A DNA stretch of 64,000 nucleotides from Podarcis melisellensis (taxonomy: Eukaryota). This document shows positions 11,631 to 24,050 of the stretch, piece after piece (the stretch's first letter is position 1; every line of letters starts with the position of its first letter). Under the pieces are notes generated by a model, which saw only the letters and a list, made by a program, of their open reading frames with translations, was not told where the DNA came from and did not search any database. A program made the translations under genes and the position numbers. Where the stretch lies: NCBI GenBank assembly GCA_964234715.1, contig OZ174282.1. One strand, given 5' to 3'.

Positions 11631-12126
11631 CAAACCCTCCAAGTGTCCCTATTTTCCAGGGAAAGCCCCAGATATACAGAAGCCATCCCAGTTCCTTATT
11701 TGATCCCGGAATGTCCCACTTTTCCTTAGGATGTCCCTATTTTCATCGGAGAAATGTTGGAGGGTGGGGTGTCATCAGTGGCGTAGCGTGGGTTGTCAGC
11801 ACCCGGGGCAAGGCAAGTAATTTGCACCCCCTAACCCATGGATTTGCGCCCCCTAACCCTAATCCCCAGATGTTGCGCCTGGTGCGACCGGCCCCCCCTG
11901 CACCCCCCACGCTACGCCACTGGGTGTCATTTGACTCCATACCCATCCCAGAGCCAAGGAGATAAGTAACTATACAATGTTTAGAAGACATCTGAAAGCA
12001 GCTTTTTTATTGTGTTTTTATATATGCTGGAAGCTGCCCCGAGTGGGTGGGGCAACCCAGTCAGATAGGAGGGGTATAATTAAATCGGATGTGCCTATTT
12101 TCATCAGAGAAATGTTGGAGGGTATG
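11631..12126 (-). mobile_element. Non-autonomous DNA transposon (TIR CA(T/G/A)ACCCTCCAA), inverted relative to the copy at 15670-16012
   Basis: Homologous in reverse to 15670-16012; repeated AATGTTGGAGGGT end motif; hosts a nested MITE. Confidence 0.7.
11776..11922. mobile_element. Young hAT (Tip100-like) MITE
   Basis: Perfect TIRs CAGTGGCGTAGCGTGG / CCACGCTACGCCACTG; exact 8-bp TSD GGTGTCAT (11768-11775, 11923-11930). Confidence 0.9.
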
Positions 12127-15100
12127 TGCATATAATGCCACAGGAGTATATATAGCTCCCAACTCCACCTGCTTCTCCCAGAGTAGCATCTTATCAAAAC
12201 CTTACCAAAAATCTTATTAAGGTATGTGTTTTGAGGAGCATGTTGAGGGTGTATAAAATGTGGAGTGGGAAAGGGAAATGTGGGGGGAAAGGAAGCTATT
12301 TGTTTCTTTCCTCGGGGTTGTTATCCAATGTTAGTCCTGCTCAGAACAGACCTCTAGAAATTCATGTCCATGGCAAACATAGATCCATTACTTTCAGTGG
12401 GTCTACTCTGAGTAAGACTTAGTTGGTTACAGCCCCCAGGCACTGGAAATAACTCACAGGAGGATTTAAACTTGCCTGCGCACTGCCTTAATTAAAGCAA
12501 CACATCACCCTGATTTTGAGTTAATAAAATTAATTAATGCATGCCAAACATGGACTTGGGTTAGGAATCCAGTTAACTGGATCTAATGAAGTTGAAATGT
12601 ACAAGATAAATGCATAAACAAATTTTCCAGTTTGATTTAAACAAGTTGGCATGAATTGGAACTTAAGCTTCTTCGCTTGTATCCTTACACAGTGTTAATC
12701 TGACATTCAGATTTCATTTGATAGCCAGTATCTTGAACTAAGAGGATCATACAGGAAGGCAATAGGAAAGGTGTCTCTGTCGGAGACATTGGAGAATGGC
12801 TGCCAGTCAGAGTAGACAGTACTGAACTAGATGGACAAATAAGTTTGACCTGGAATGGCAGTGTCCTTTTTTTATTTCCTATGAATTTGGATAAAATATA
12901 TTTGAATAGATACAAGCACATTGGGGAGAGCGAATTTGCCTCTGCTTCAGCTTAGCTCCTCAGCTTCTGTGCCAAGTGACTATCACTTTGGCTGCTTATT
13001 TGGGTGGCTTATTTGGTTGGTAGGTTTTTCTTTTTAAAGAAGCCCATTGTTCTGGACTCTTTCCCTCCAGAGACTGAATAATATTTCCTTCTTCCAGCCT
13101 GTGTGATTAAGCAACAGGCTTCTTTGGAAAATACCAATGATCAAGCAGAAGGCAGTAGAGCTGCAAAGGCCACCTCTGCCTGAAATGAGCAGGGGGAGAG
13201 GTAACAAGGCTATTAGAGGAGGAAGAAAGTGCTGTAAAGAAAGGCAGGCTGGCCGAGGGGAAATGCTTCTGCCGGAGACAAGTAACAAAAAAAATATCGG
13301 GATGCATTTGCCAAAGATGGAGTGGAAGAGAAGGAACTGACTCACTCAGAACATGAAAATGCAAGGATGCTGGGGCTTGGCTGGGGGGCGGGAAGGGGGG
13401 TGCCTGAGGCAGACAAGGCTACGAAGAAAATGGGAGGTGCTTTGGCTTGAATCTTTACTGAGCAGGAAAGGAAAGCGCGCACTGCACCACAGCTTCGACC
13501 TGGATTTCGATTTTTGAGTCTGGAAATATGCTGCATTGGCCTCCAACGGTGGATTTGGAATGCAGGATTCATTTCCATGCAAAGTGGCAGCGTTGGAGAG
13601 TCTCAGGCATGTAATGCATTAAAACAGTAACAACACGGCATATTGCAGTGAGCTACCTGGCTGTTTCAAAGCAGAGGTGCTTAAAGATGGAAACAGCAGA
13701 AGCTCTTAAAGGTGCAGCAGGGCATCGTTCGGTTCCAAAAGAGTCTTTGGTGTGCAGCTTTAACAGGCACAGCTATTCTTTCCCATTCCCCTTCATTCCC
13801 CCCCTTCCCTGCCCCCCCCCCAAAGAATGTGCAGAAACAGGTGCATATTTCAATAGCTCTGATGGTTAAGTAAGGGAGTGTGTTGCCTCTAAAAACGTTA
13901 AAAGGTGCATCTTTAAAAGCAGCCACAAAAAACAGCACAGGCACAGGGTTATGTGAGTCACTTGGCCACATTCAGTAGCATTTCCTGACAATCAGAGAAC
14001 TATATTCCATCATCGCCATTACAATGGAGGTAAGCAGGGCCTGCAACATATTGGTGCAACATGGAATGCTCCTGTTCAAGGTTCTTGCCAGTCAGACCCT
14101 TCCCTGGGATACTCCATTCCACTCCCTCCCCCAGTTTTCAGCTTTTTCCCTTCAGCAGCCAGCCAGCATCCTGTGTCTACTGAGTATGTCCAGGCCTCGG
14201 TGAGTTGTTTTGGGGGTTGTCTGTTTGCTTCCTTACATTTTTGTTTCTATTTTTCCTTCTTCTTTTTGGTAGCTCTATAATGCTTGCTCCCTTGAGCTGA
14301 AACCTCTCCTGTGTGTGTATGGTGCAGTTTTGGCTAAATAAGGATTGGCACTCACTCTGCAAAACATTGCTAATAGAGGGGATGGTGCTAGCAGAGGAGA
14401 TGGAGGAGAAAAAAAACATTTTGCCCAACAAAAATTCTGCTGCTTGAATTTTGGGAAAATATAATATCCCCGCCTCCAGTTGCAATATTTAATCTGTGAT
14501 TAGAGAAAAGCCTAGTGAGAACCAAAGTTTAAAGGCAATGTTTGGCAGATCTCCTGTGTGATACACTCCCAAGTAATTTCCTTCTTTCATTTTGTTTGTT
14601 TGTTGAACTCTTGGGCCCTCCGCCCGGTATTCTCCTGAGAGAAAAGGCTTGTTTTCACCAGTTTCCCAAAGGACAACTTCCTGTGATTTCAAGCCAACAC
14701 AAAGCAAAAACAATCATCCTTGCTTTTGATGTTACTCTATCCTTACACACATTTCATAAATGAAGAAGAAAGGCTTTAAGACTTACTAGAGGTCCTTGTG
14801 AAGTTAATCATCGCATCACAAGTTTTTACAACCTCTTGCCATATATTGTATATTTGTGTATTTCATTTTCTGTACTTAACGCTTTCTTGAAACAGCACTG
14901 TGGGCTATGTCATTATTACACTAATTTTCTAGATAAGAAGCTGAGGCTGAGAAATTAGTAAATTGCCCTATGGCTAGCTGGTGAGCTTCTGGCCCTTCTA
15001 GGATATGAACCAACATTCAGACTGGACAATGCAGGCAATCTTGTTCACAAAACAAAATTTAAATTGGACTTTCAGTTTGGAGTGAGAGTTTTTCCTCTGC

Positions 15101-15669
15101 CTGCCTCAGTATGCATTACCTTTCCAGATGCAAAACCCTCTCTTGTTCATATAGTTTTCTTGGGCATATTGGGAACAGTATTGCCTTCTCCCATTGGAGG
15201 GGCCTTCTCTGCATTCCAAATTACTTTCAGAAATTCCTAAGGCAGCTGGCAAAAGGCCTTAGTGGAATGGTACCTTTGATTCACGCACCCTCCATTTTTA
15301 AAAATGTTGCTTCTTTATTTGGTTTAAATGCCCAATTGTTTAATGTTTTTGAAAGCTGCTTCAAGAATTTCTTTTGGCTGAAAATAGCATATAGATACTT
15401 GAAACAAAATCTCTCTGTGTATGCAATGTTGCTCTCCCAGTTTGCTCTAGAATAAACTTTACCACCAAGAGACAATACTCCTCTATATTCTCAAGGCAAA
15501 TTTCTGTCCCTCCTGCTTGACAGTTTGTGTGGATTCTCAATCTGTAACAAAATTGTTGCTCACAGCTAACATGAGCGTATTAAACTCACTGTGAATATAC
15601 TCCCTATTAAAGAACACTTGAAGGTTTTTAGTTTAAATTTGAAAATGTGAGTACAAGGGAACATGATAG

Positions 15670-16012
15670 CATACCCTCCAACATGTCTTCAATGAAAATA
15701 GGTACGTCCTATTCCATAATGATAATTTTACTATTTATACCCCACACATCTTACTGGGTTGCCCCAGCCGCTCTGGGCAGCTTCCAACATATACAGAAAC
15801 ATAGTAAAACATAAAACATTAAAAAAACCTTCCCTATACAGGACTGCCCTCAGACGGCTTGGGGGTCGGATAACTCCATACCCTCCAACATCTCTCCAAT
15901 GAAAAAGGGACATCCTGAGGAAAAGCAGGACTTTCTGGAATCAAATCAGAAACTGGGACGGCTTCTCTAAATCAGGGACATCCCTGGAAAACAGGGACAC
16001 TTGGAGGGTCTG
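15670..16012 (+). mobile_element. Non-autonomous DNA transposon with duplicated left end and internal L2-like tail
   Basis: CATACCCTCCAACAT occurs at 15670 and ~15877; right end TTGGAGGGTCTG. Confidence 0.7.
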
Positions 16013-16480
16013 TGACAGAGGTGTGTAAAATTATGCAGGATGGAGAGAAAGCATAAAGAGAAAAGTTTTTTCTCCTTCTCTCATAAAACTGGAACTTGGG
16101 GCCATCCAATGAAGCTGTGGGTTGGAAGATTCAAGACAGACAGACAAAAGTATTTCTCGAGGCATCAAATAGTTAAAATATGGAATTGGAATTAATTACC
16201 CTGAGATGTAATGATGACCACCAACTTGATGTTTTTTACAGGATTCAACGCATTCCTGGGGGATAAGGTTACGAGTGGCCACTAGCAGTGATGGCTATGC
16301 TTGACTGCCACGGACGGAGACAGTATGGCTCTGGATGCCATTTGCCGGGAATCACTAGTTGCACTCAGGGCCAGCTTTTGGGCTTCCCACTGGGGCATCT
16401 GATCAGCCACTGTGAAAACAGAATGCTGGACTAGATGGGCCTTTGGCCTGATTGACCAGCCAGGCTCTTTTTATGTTCTC
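16013..16480 (+). mobile_element. CR1 LINE 3' end
   Basis: Degenerate ORF2 terminus followed by the 3' UTR TGTGAAAACAGAATGCTGGACTAGATGGGCC...TTATGTTCT. Reverse copies of this UTR lie at ~1510-1875, 3026-3250, 6510-6650, 32972-33200 and 40655-40845. Confidence 0.75.
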
Positions 16481-18894
16481 AAAGAGCAAGACGAAATAGA
16501 ATTAAATTACAAGAAGCTTGGTTTAGGTGGCCTGTCAGAAACTAGTTTTTTTCCTGAGGGCTTTCATAAGAAGCTTAGGAGCAATAAACCTGCACCTCAA
16601 TTACCTGCCTACCCCCAAAGTAGCCAGCCAGTAAGTTCTGTTGCCTCACCTCCTTTGGCTTCTAGGGTGGTGGCTGAAAAGCTAGGAAGGACTCCTCCTG
16701 ATGGACCCAGATCAGAGCTGGAGCCTCCAGTTGCTGACCCCTACTCCAGGGTGGAATATAAGGAATACAAGGAGGAAACTCTCCAAATGTAAAGCACTGT
16801 TCAGCAATAGGCTGCCTTAAAGAGCTTGTGGCATCTCCTTTCTCTGTCCAAAGAAAAAGTTTGGACCGGGAGCCTCTGTTGAAGGAGGCTTTAAAGCATG
16901 TGTGATGAACCTTTGGCTTTCTAGATGTTGCAGAAATACAACTCCCATCATCCCTGTCCATTGGCCATGTTTGCTGGGGCCGGTGGGCATTTTAGTTCAG
17001 CAACACCTGGAAGGCCACAAATTCCCCATGCCTGCTTTTTAAAAAAAGCTTCCATGGATTAAATGACACTTTGGGTGGCTTCTGATGCTCTGGAAATCAG
17101 GTGTTCCAGGAAGGATCTTCTCCATGGGGCACATGGGGCACATGTGGGGTGGGGTGGAGTAAAGTGCAGGAGAGGACTCTCTGCAACAGGCAGGCATCTC
17201 CATAGTGCTTCAGTAGCAGCAGAGGCAGAGGGAGCTGTATCTATGACAATATTCAGGCAGGTTGTAAAAGAGCCACTGAGCATCTGTCCCAAGGAGTTCC
17301 ATGCCCCCCAGGTGAACGCCACAAGAACCTGGTGGCAAGAGAGAAGGAGCTCTACACTGTGCAACCTTAGACTGCCATTTATTCATAAATTATGTCTGTA
17401 GCCCTTTCCAGAGAATGGAGGCTTCTATCATTCTTCCATAACAACAACCCAGCATAGTAGGTTAGGCTGAGAAATGTTTACTTGCCAAGGCTTTAGGGCT
17501 AGAAAAGGATCATGGCCACTCACCTAAAAAGCACCCAGCATCAATGGCACCTGAATCAGCCCATTTCCCTGTCCTGATCCAAGCCTCCTACTAGACCATC
17601 ACGCTTTCCTTCTGGGGGTAAGATCAGTGCCACAAAATTGTCTGATGCTCCAGCATGTATCATGCTAAACATTCCCAAATGCATTCAGCTGCCTTATTAT
17701 TTCTAATACGCTTCCTGCACAAAGTACAGCAGAATCTGGCTAATTCTCTCTCTTTCTCTTCACTAATCCTCAAACTCAATAATCCTCATCACAAACTCTG
17801 TGATCTCGTCCCACTTCTCAGGCGAGTTAAGGCCCTTTCTCTCCTTATGCAATGTTCCATGGTACATTTACCACGGCACTGAGGTGAATTGTAAACAGCG
17901 AAACCAAGGCACTTAACAAAAACCAGCCGGTTGCTCAGATGCTTCACTATCAGGAAGAGAATCTGACAGGGAGAAATATGAGCAAGAAGGGCTGAAGAGG
18001 GTGCTTGCCACTCACCTTACATCCCAGGAAAAGAAACAATCCCTCACCATCATCTTGAGGGAAATCTTACTGGGCCCCTCCAGACCTGTGTTTTATTTTG
18101 GTTGTATTCAGCAACATGTTCTTAAGACAAAAATGGTGCCTTAGTGGTGGATTTATTCTGCTTTACTTGTTGTTCTGCAATGCTTCCCCAAAGCTACCAT
18201 CTCGTTGCTCTCCAGAGGGGCTATAGCACAAAAAAGGAGGCCAAAAAAAACCTAGAACTTTTCTGGTATAAAAAGCTACATGATTTCAGCAGGTAATTAC
18301 AGGATAAGCACTGATTGGAAATGAAGCAGTGTGATCACCCTGAAACATTTGCAAGTGTGAACAGTATAAAAAGCAAGATCATGTGTGACACTGCCCTTCC
18401 CCCACATAGCATTATAGCACAAATAATCAGGAATGTGTAATTTTTTTAAAGGTACCGGGAGGGTCCTATAATCACCATTTGACAGAATTCTAGTGATTAT
18501 AATTATCTACACCAGCATTCTTCAACTTTGGGTCATGAAGTGCAGTTGGAATACAGAACCCATCATCCCCAGCCAGTTTAGCCAATGTTGAAGATTGCTA
18601 ATCTACACTATAATCTGCACTACATTATGTTGGTTCTATACCTTTTTAATGCATTGTTTCCCTCAGGAAACCCTGCAAAATTGTAGCCTGGACACATGTA
18701 GTTGCCTTCTACAGAGTCAAACCACTGGTCCAACTAACTCAGTATTGTTTACCCCAGGAATGGGCAAGCTGTGGCCCTGCAGATGCTGTTTGGACTCCAT
18801 CCAACATGGTCAGTGGTCAGGAATGGTGGCTGTTGTGGTCCAACAATATCTGGAGGGGGCCACAACTTTTCCTATCCCTGGTCCATGCTGATTG

Positions 18895-19030
18895 ACAGCG
18901 GCTCTCTGGGGTCTCAGGAGCAGATCTGTCCCATCTCTGCTATCTGACTACTTAACCAGAGATGCCACTGAGGATTGAATGGGGGACCTTCTGCATGCAA
19001 AGCAATTGCTCTGCCACTGACCTGTGGCCC
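18895..19030 (-). mobile_element. tRNA-Ala-like SINE fragment
   Basis: Reverse strand GGGCCACAGGTCAGTGGCAGAGCAATTGCTTTGCATGCAGAAGGTCCC...TTCAATCC. Related pieces at ~29940-30060 and ~38640-38745. Confidence 0.6.
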
Positions 19031-22000
19031 ATCTGTGCTTGGTGAGGGGGCTGACAGTTCTTTATTCTCTACAGAACAACAGCACAAGTGCCCCGCACAT
19101 GTGGTAGCTCTGAGCTCACACACCAAAGTTCACATGGGGCTCTGGAATGAATGGGGGCAAGTATTTCATCATCAAACAGGTGCAAATGGGATGTGCACTT
19201 AGCTTAAGTTACAAACCCAGAGCACTCCAGTGGCCTACACAGTGGGGGAAATAGCTACTGTGCCTCCGAAAAGAAACCCATCTGGAAGATGATGTGCTGT
19301 CCAGGAAAGTAAGCAAATGCTAAGGCCTTATAAGGAAAGAGAGTAAAATAAGAGAGAGGGGGGCATAATTATATGTTCTGACACATTTTCCCTGCTGGAT
19401 GAGCCAAGGTGTCCATTCTGTATAATTTCACGCAAACAAAAATCATCTATTTCTCTTGTTTTTCAGTTTTTGTTATGTTTCGTACATCGTCCTGAGATAC
19501 ATATGTGGAAGGCAATAAATAAACAACAGCAGCAAAGAATAATAATTATATTCCTTTACCACCACCCCTCTCTCTCTACACACCCACAGAGCTGAGTTCA
19601 GTGTCTATTTCTATCACTGCGGTGAGGTGGAAAACCCATCTTATTTTCAGAACAAAACCTTGGCTATAGAACAAACCGTCCAAATTCTTGTAAATATGCC
19701 TTTTAGTGTGGGTACCAAATTTGGGGCAAATCAAGAGGGCAGGAGAATGACAGATAGTTAAAGCCTAGAATAAAATTCACTACATGTGGAAGGAGATGCT
19801 TCTTACCTCCAACTTGTTGTTTTTTCCTAACTAATCCATTTGCATTCCTGGAAGGTACGACTCAAAGTGGGGAGCTGGGGAAGTTCCATTAAAAAACTTC
19901 CCTGTTGCCATTGGAGGCTGTGCAAGTGCGCATTCCTGAAAAATGTGCTGGCCCATACCCCTAATGGGTTAGGATTGTTGAGCAACTGCTTTCAGCACAT
20001 TCAGCTGGGCAGTTGTGTGATAAACTTGGAGAGTGGTTAGGGTGATTTAGACATGCATTGTCTGCCACACAGGTTGAGGGCAGCATTTAAGGATTACTTG
20101 CATGTGAGAAAGAGCCACTGCAGATCAAACACCACAGAGCTTTCATAGGATGATGTACACCAGGCCTACATATACCTTGTGACCCAAGCACCACCCACAC
20201 CCATTATGGAAGTCCACCAGGGACTCAATCAGCCTCCTGTTTTGTTGCCTGTGTGGGACTGCAGAAAAAAACAGGGTGGCTCTGTAGCATCTGGCAACCA
20301 AGGTGGATGAATTTGGCTTGGTGGGTTACAAGTTGTGCATGTGAATCAGTAAACGAGTCTTTGACTCATGAAGTATCTTCAAATGGCAGTACCATTTCCC
20401 CCTCCACTTTATCAGAGTTAGATTCGCACCATATGAATTGCCATCTGGATCTGTCCTTGGAGAAAACATTGGTTGCCGTATACCAAGCCCTGTAGCTCTG
20501 CAGTCTCCATTCATGACTTAATACTAGTCTGATATGCTTGCTGTTGTTCTGGGAAGGGCAGGGACCTCCAGGGCCAGGGAAGGATTGAGTTAACACACAG
20601 AAGGACCACAGGAGACAGGTGTGCACCTGATATACATACAGCATCTCCCCCTTCACAACGCCATCTGGATGTGTCCTTGGAGAGTGCATTGGTTGCAATA
20701 AACCAAGGACTGAGGCTTGCAGGCCACATTCATTTTAGGGTGCTGGGGCAAAGGGATCGAAATAAGTGGAAATTTTATGGCAGCAGGGCCCAGTTGATTG
20801 CATGCCCAGTCAGCTCAATTAGCACTCTCCAAGGTCCTGAAAAAGGAAGAGTTGATATGAGGAGGAGAAAGATTGAGAGTGTGTGCTTCTTTTGAGATTA
20901 AATTGCTAGAAATTAAAACTGGGGTTTTTGGCTAGGCTAATTTGAGTTGCTAACGTCAGCCTGACATAGTATTGCTTAGTTATTTCCAGGACTGGGATGC
21001 CTTTCTGGTATTGTTCAATTAGCTCTGCTTCAATTTCCAAATATAAAGCAGCTAAAATAGAGATTGCTGGCATGTATGAAATGCTTGCAGGCTACACACA
21101 CACACACTTATATAGAGAGTGCAATTTTCAGTCCTAGAAACATGAAATGAGTACTCAGTTTCTTCTTTTAGTTCTCCTATCACTCTAATGTCCATTGCTT
21201 TGATTGCTGTGAAGGTTTGTACCCTGGAAAAGCAAGAATATGCTTCTTCTTTCTATGTGTGCATGATTAGAGGGAGAAATGGCATTGCTAGAGATGTATA
21301 AAATCATGGGGCTGGAAGGGTTCGCAAGTCCGAACCCCTTGCTCCAATACAGGGAAACTTATGTATGTGGAGAGTCAATTTGAGAATAGCAATGTGGCTG
21401 TGCATATGATGTATTTGACCCAGGATGCAAGTGCAGATATCCAGGATGCACAGCAAATACACAAATGTGATTACATGCAGGTGGCAACTTCAACATGACA
21501 TCAAGAAAAGTGGGCTTTGGAATGTTTGTGATCTGGGCCTCCGGGTGATACTGAAAACGAGATGTGTCTATGTGAAAGGTATTCACTGTGTGCTTCTGGG
21601 TATGAGCAATGCATCTGTGTGCTTGCAAGGCCCAGTATACCTTTCCTGTGCCTCTGAAGCATCTGTGCAACTGTGAGATATAATTGTGCAATCTATGGGT
21701 CTGTTTTTGACAAACATGTCTGAAACATGAAACAAATGCGGAGGTGTGAGCATCTGTGTGTGGGTATGTGTACAAAGGGTGAATATTATGTGTATGACAG
21801 CACTGAAGTGTGCGAGAGAGACTATGCGCATGTGCCTGAAGAACAGGAGAGTGTGTGGGAGTTCCAAGAGCCTGATAACAGCAAAAGGAAACTGTGTATT
21901 GCTGCAACAGGAATGAGCACATGTTATAGGATGTGGGGGGTGGGCGGGAGCATCAAAGGTAGAAAGAGGAATGTGCATCCAATAAGGTGGACAGCTGATG

Positions 22001-22629
22001 AAAACAGAAGTGTTTGGACCCCTTGGATCCAAATTCAAGCTAAAATGTACTGTACGCATAGCAATGGTCATTAGTAAATAATGCTGAGCTCCTGTTGGCA
22101 CCTTGATGCCCTTTTGTTGGTTTCTCCTATGCAAGAAAATGTAGACTCTTCAGATCAGATCTTTGATACACACCAGCTTTGCTTTGTCTAAACCTGTTAA
22201 TAAAACTTGATCTGCTTACAATACTGAAGTTTATCTACGATTTAAAGAATAGAATTGTGGCAGATAGCAATGTTGACATCCCAGGAAATGATGAAGCTTA
22301 AGAAATCAGAAGGATTAAAGCAGCACATGAGCTTTAATTCCCAATAGCTACCTCTTTTTGTCATGACAAGCAGTGAGCCATTCCTTCCTAGTGTAATATT
22401 CTTGACCATACATACATCCAGATGCAATAATATCTGAATGCATGAGTTCATTAGGACTGATTGCCAGCCCAGTCCCCTTGAAGAACTCAGTTGAATTCCA
22501 CTAAGGCCATTTGTTATCCTCAGGTGAACCAAGATTAAAAGACATATGAGACACGAGCCTGTTTTAGGGACATACTTTTATGTCTGTTTCGATTCTACAC
22601 CGACAACTGCTGAGCTAATCGTGGGTGCA

Positions 22630-24050
22630 TAGAAAATTGGGCCACATACAAAGATCTGTTAACAGAAACAGAAAATAAATGGAGGGTAAAAGATTTTGAT
22701 GAAATAAAATTTCTGCTAACGGATTGGTTGCAATACCACCAATTAAATGATATATTCAGAAGTGATAAGGAGAGAGGCTTTGGTAAGGAATTCTCAAGGT
22801 CTGAAAATTGGATAAGCTACTGTTGGAATGGGAAACAAAAGATGGAGAGGTTAAAGATGTAATGATAAAATGGGCAAAAGACTTGGGACACAATATTCCA
22901 TTTGAGTCATGGGAAAGGCTGTGGAAGGAGGATTTAAAATTTACTGCATACAGTTCTTTAAAGGAAAATTATATGAAAATGATGTACCGTTGGTACCTAA
23001 CCCCAGGTAGAATTGCAAAGATGTATAAAAATTCCACCAATATATGTTGGAAATGTAAAGATAATGAAGGAACCTTTTTGCATATGTGGTGGACTTGTAG
23101 AAGGGCAAAAGACTTCTGGGAAATGATTTACAATGAGTTTTAAAAATGTTTAAGATAAGCTTTTATAAAAAACAAGAACCCAGAAGCCTTCTTGCTTGGG
23201 ATAGTGGGGGAGGAGATACCAAAGAACTTAAAGAGACAGTGTATGTATGCTACCACGATCGCCAGAATGCTGTTTGCCCAAAAATGGAAAGAAGAAGGCA
23301 CACCGGCGAAGGAAGAATGGATAATCAAGATGATAAAGGTAAAGGTAAAGGTACCCCTGCCCGTACGGGCCAGTCTTGACAGACTCTGGGGTTGTGCGCC
23401 CATCTCACTTAAGAGGCCAGGGGCCAGCGCTGTCCGGAGACACTTCCGGGTCACGTGGCCAGCGTGACATCGCTGCTCTGGCAAGCCAGAGCCGCACACG
23501 GAAACGCCGTTTACCTTCCCGCTGGTAAGCGGTCCCTATTTATCTACTTGCACCTGGAGGTGCTTTCGAACTGCTAGGTTGGCAGGCGCTGGGACCGAGC
23601 AGCGGGAGCGCACCCCGCCGCAGGGATTCGAACCGCCGACCTTTCGATCGGCAAGCCCTAGGCGCTGAGGCTTTAACCCACAGCGCCACCTGCGTCCCAA
23701 TCAAGATGATAGACTATGCCAAAATGGCAAAGCTTACCATTAGGATCAGGCAACAAGACGAAAAGAAATCTTTACAAGATTGGATAAAATTTATAGAATA
23801 TGTTAAAGAACACTGTAAATACGTTAAAACATTAGCAGGGTTGTTGTAACACTTATGATGTGTTAAATATGGACAACATATTTATAATTAAGATTTGAAA
23901 CTTAGAGGACAAATAATGATATGCATAATGATGAATGATTGGATTTGGAAGCCAGGGGGCGGGGGAGGAAGTCAAACAAGATGAATTTGCTGTATAATTG
24001 AATGTAAAAGTGTTGTTATTCTTTTTAAAAAAATGGATTTATTTATTTTT
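22630..24050 (+). mobile_element. L1-clade LINE 3' fragment (ORF2 C-terminal Cys/His domain)
   Basis: LKENYMKMMYRWYLTP...CWKC...GTFLHMWWTC...FWEMIY motif, frameshifted and split by a Sauria SINE. Ends are approximate. Confidence 0.85.
23336..23698 (-). mobile_element. Sauria SINE (young, CpG-rich) inside the L1 fragment
   Basis: (AAAGGT)n tail at the left, GGGACGCAGGTGGCGCTGTGGG head on the reverse strand; exact 13-bp TSD AATCAAGATGATA (23323-23335, 23699-23711). Confidence 0.92.

Noticed and set aside
21359-22134. 180-190-aa ORFs in a TG-rich region
   Set aside because: Low-complexity TG/CA bias suppresses stops; no recognisable domain.
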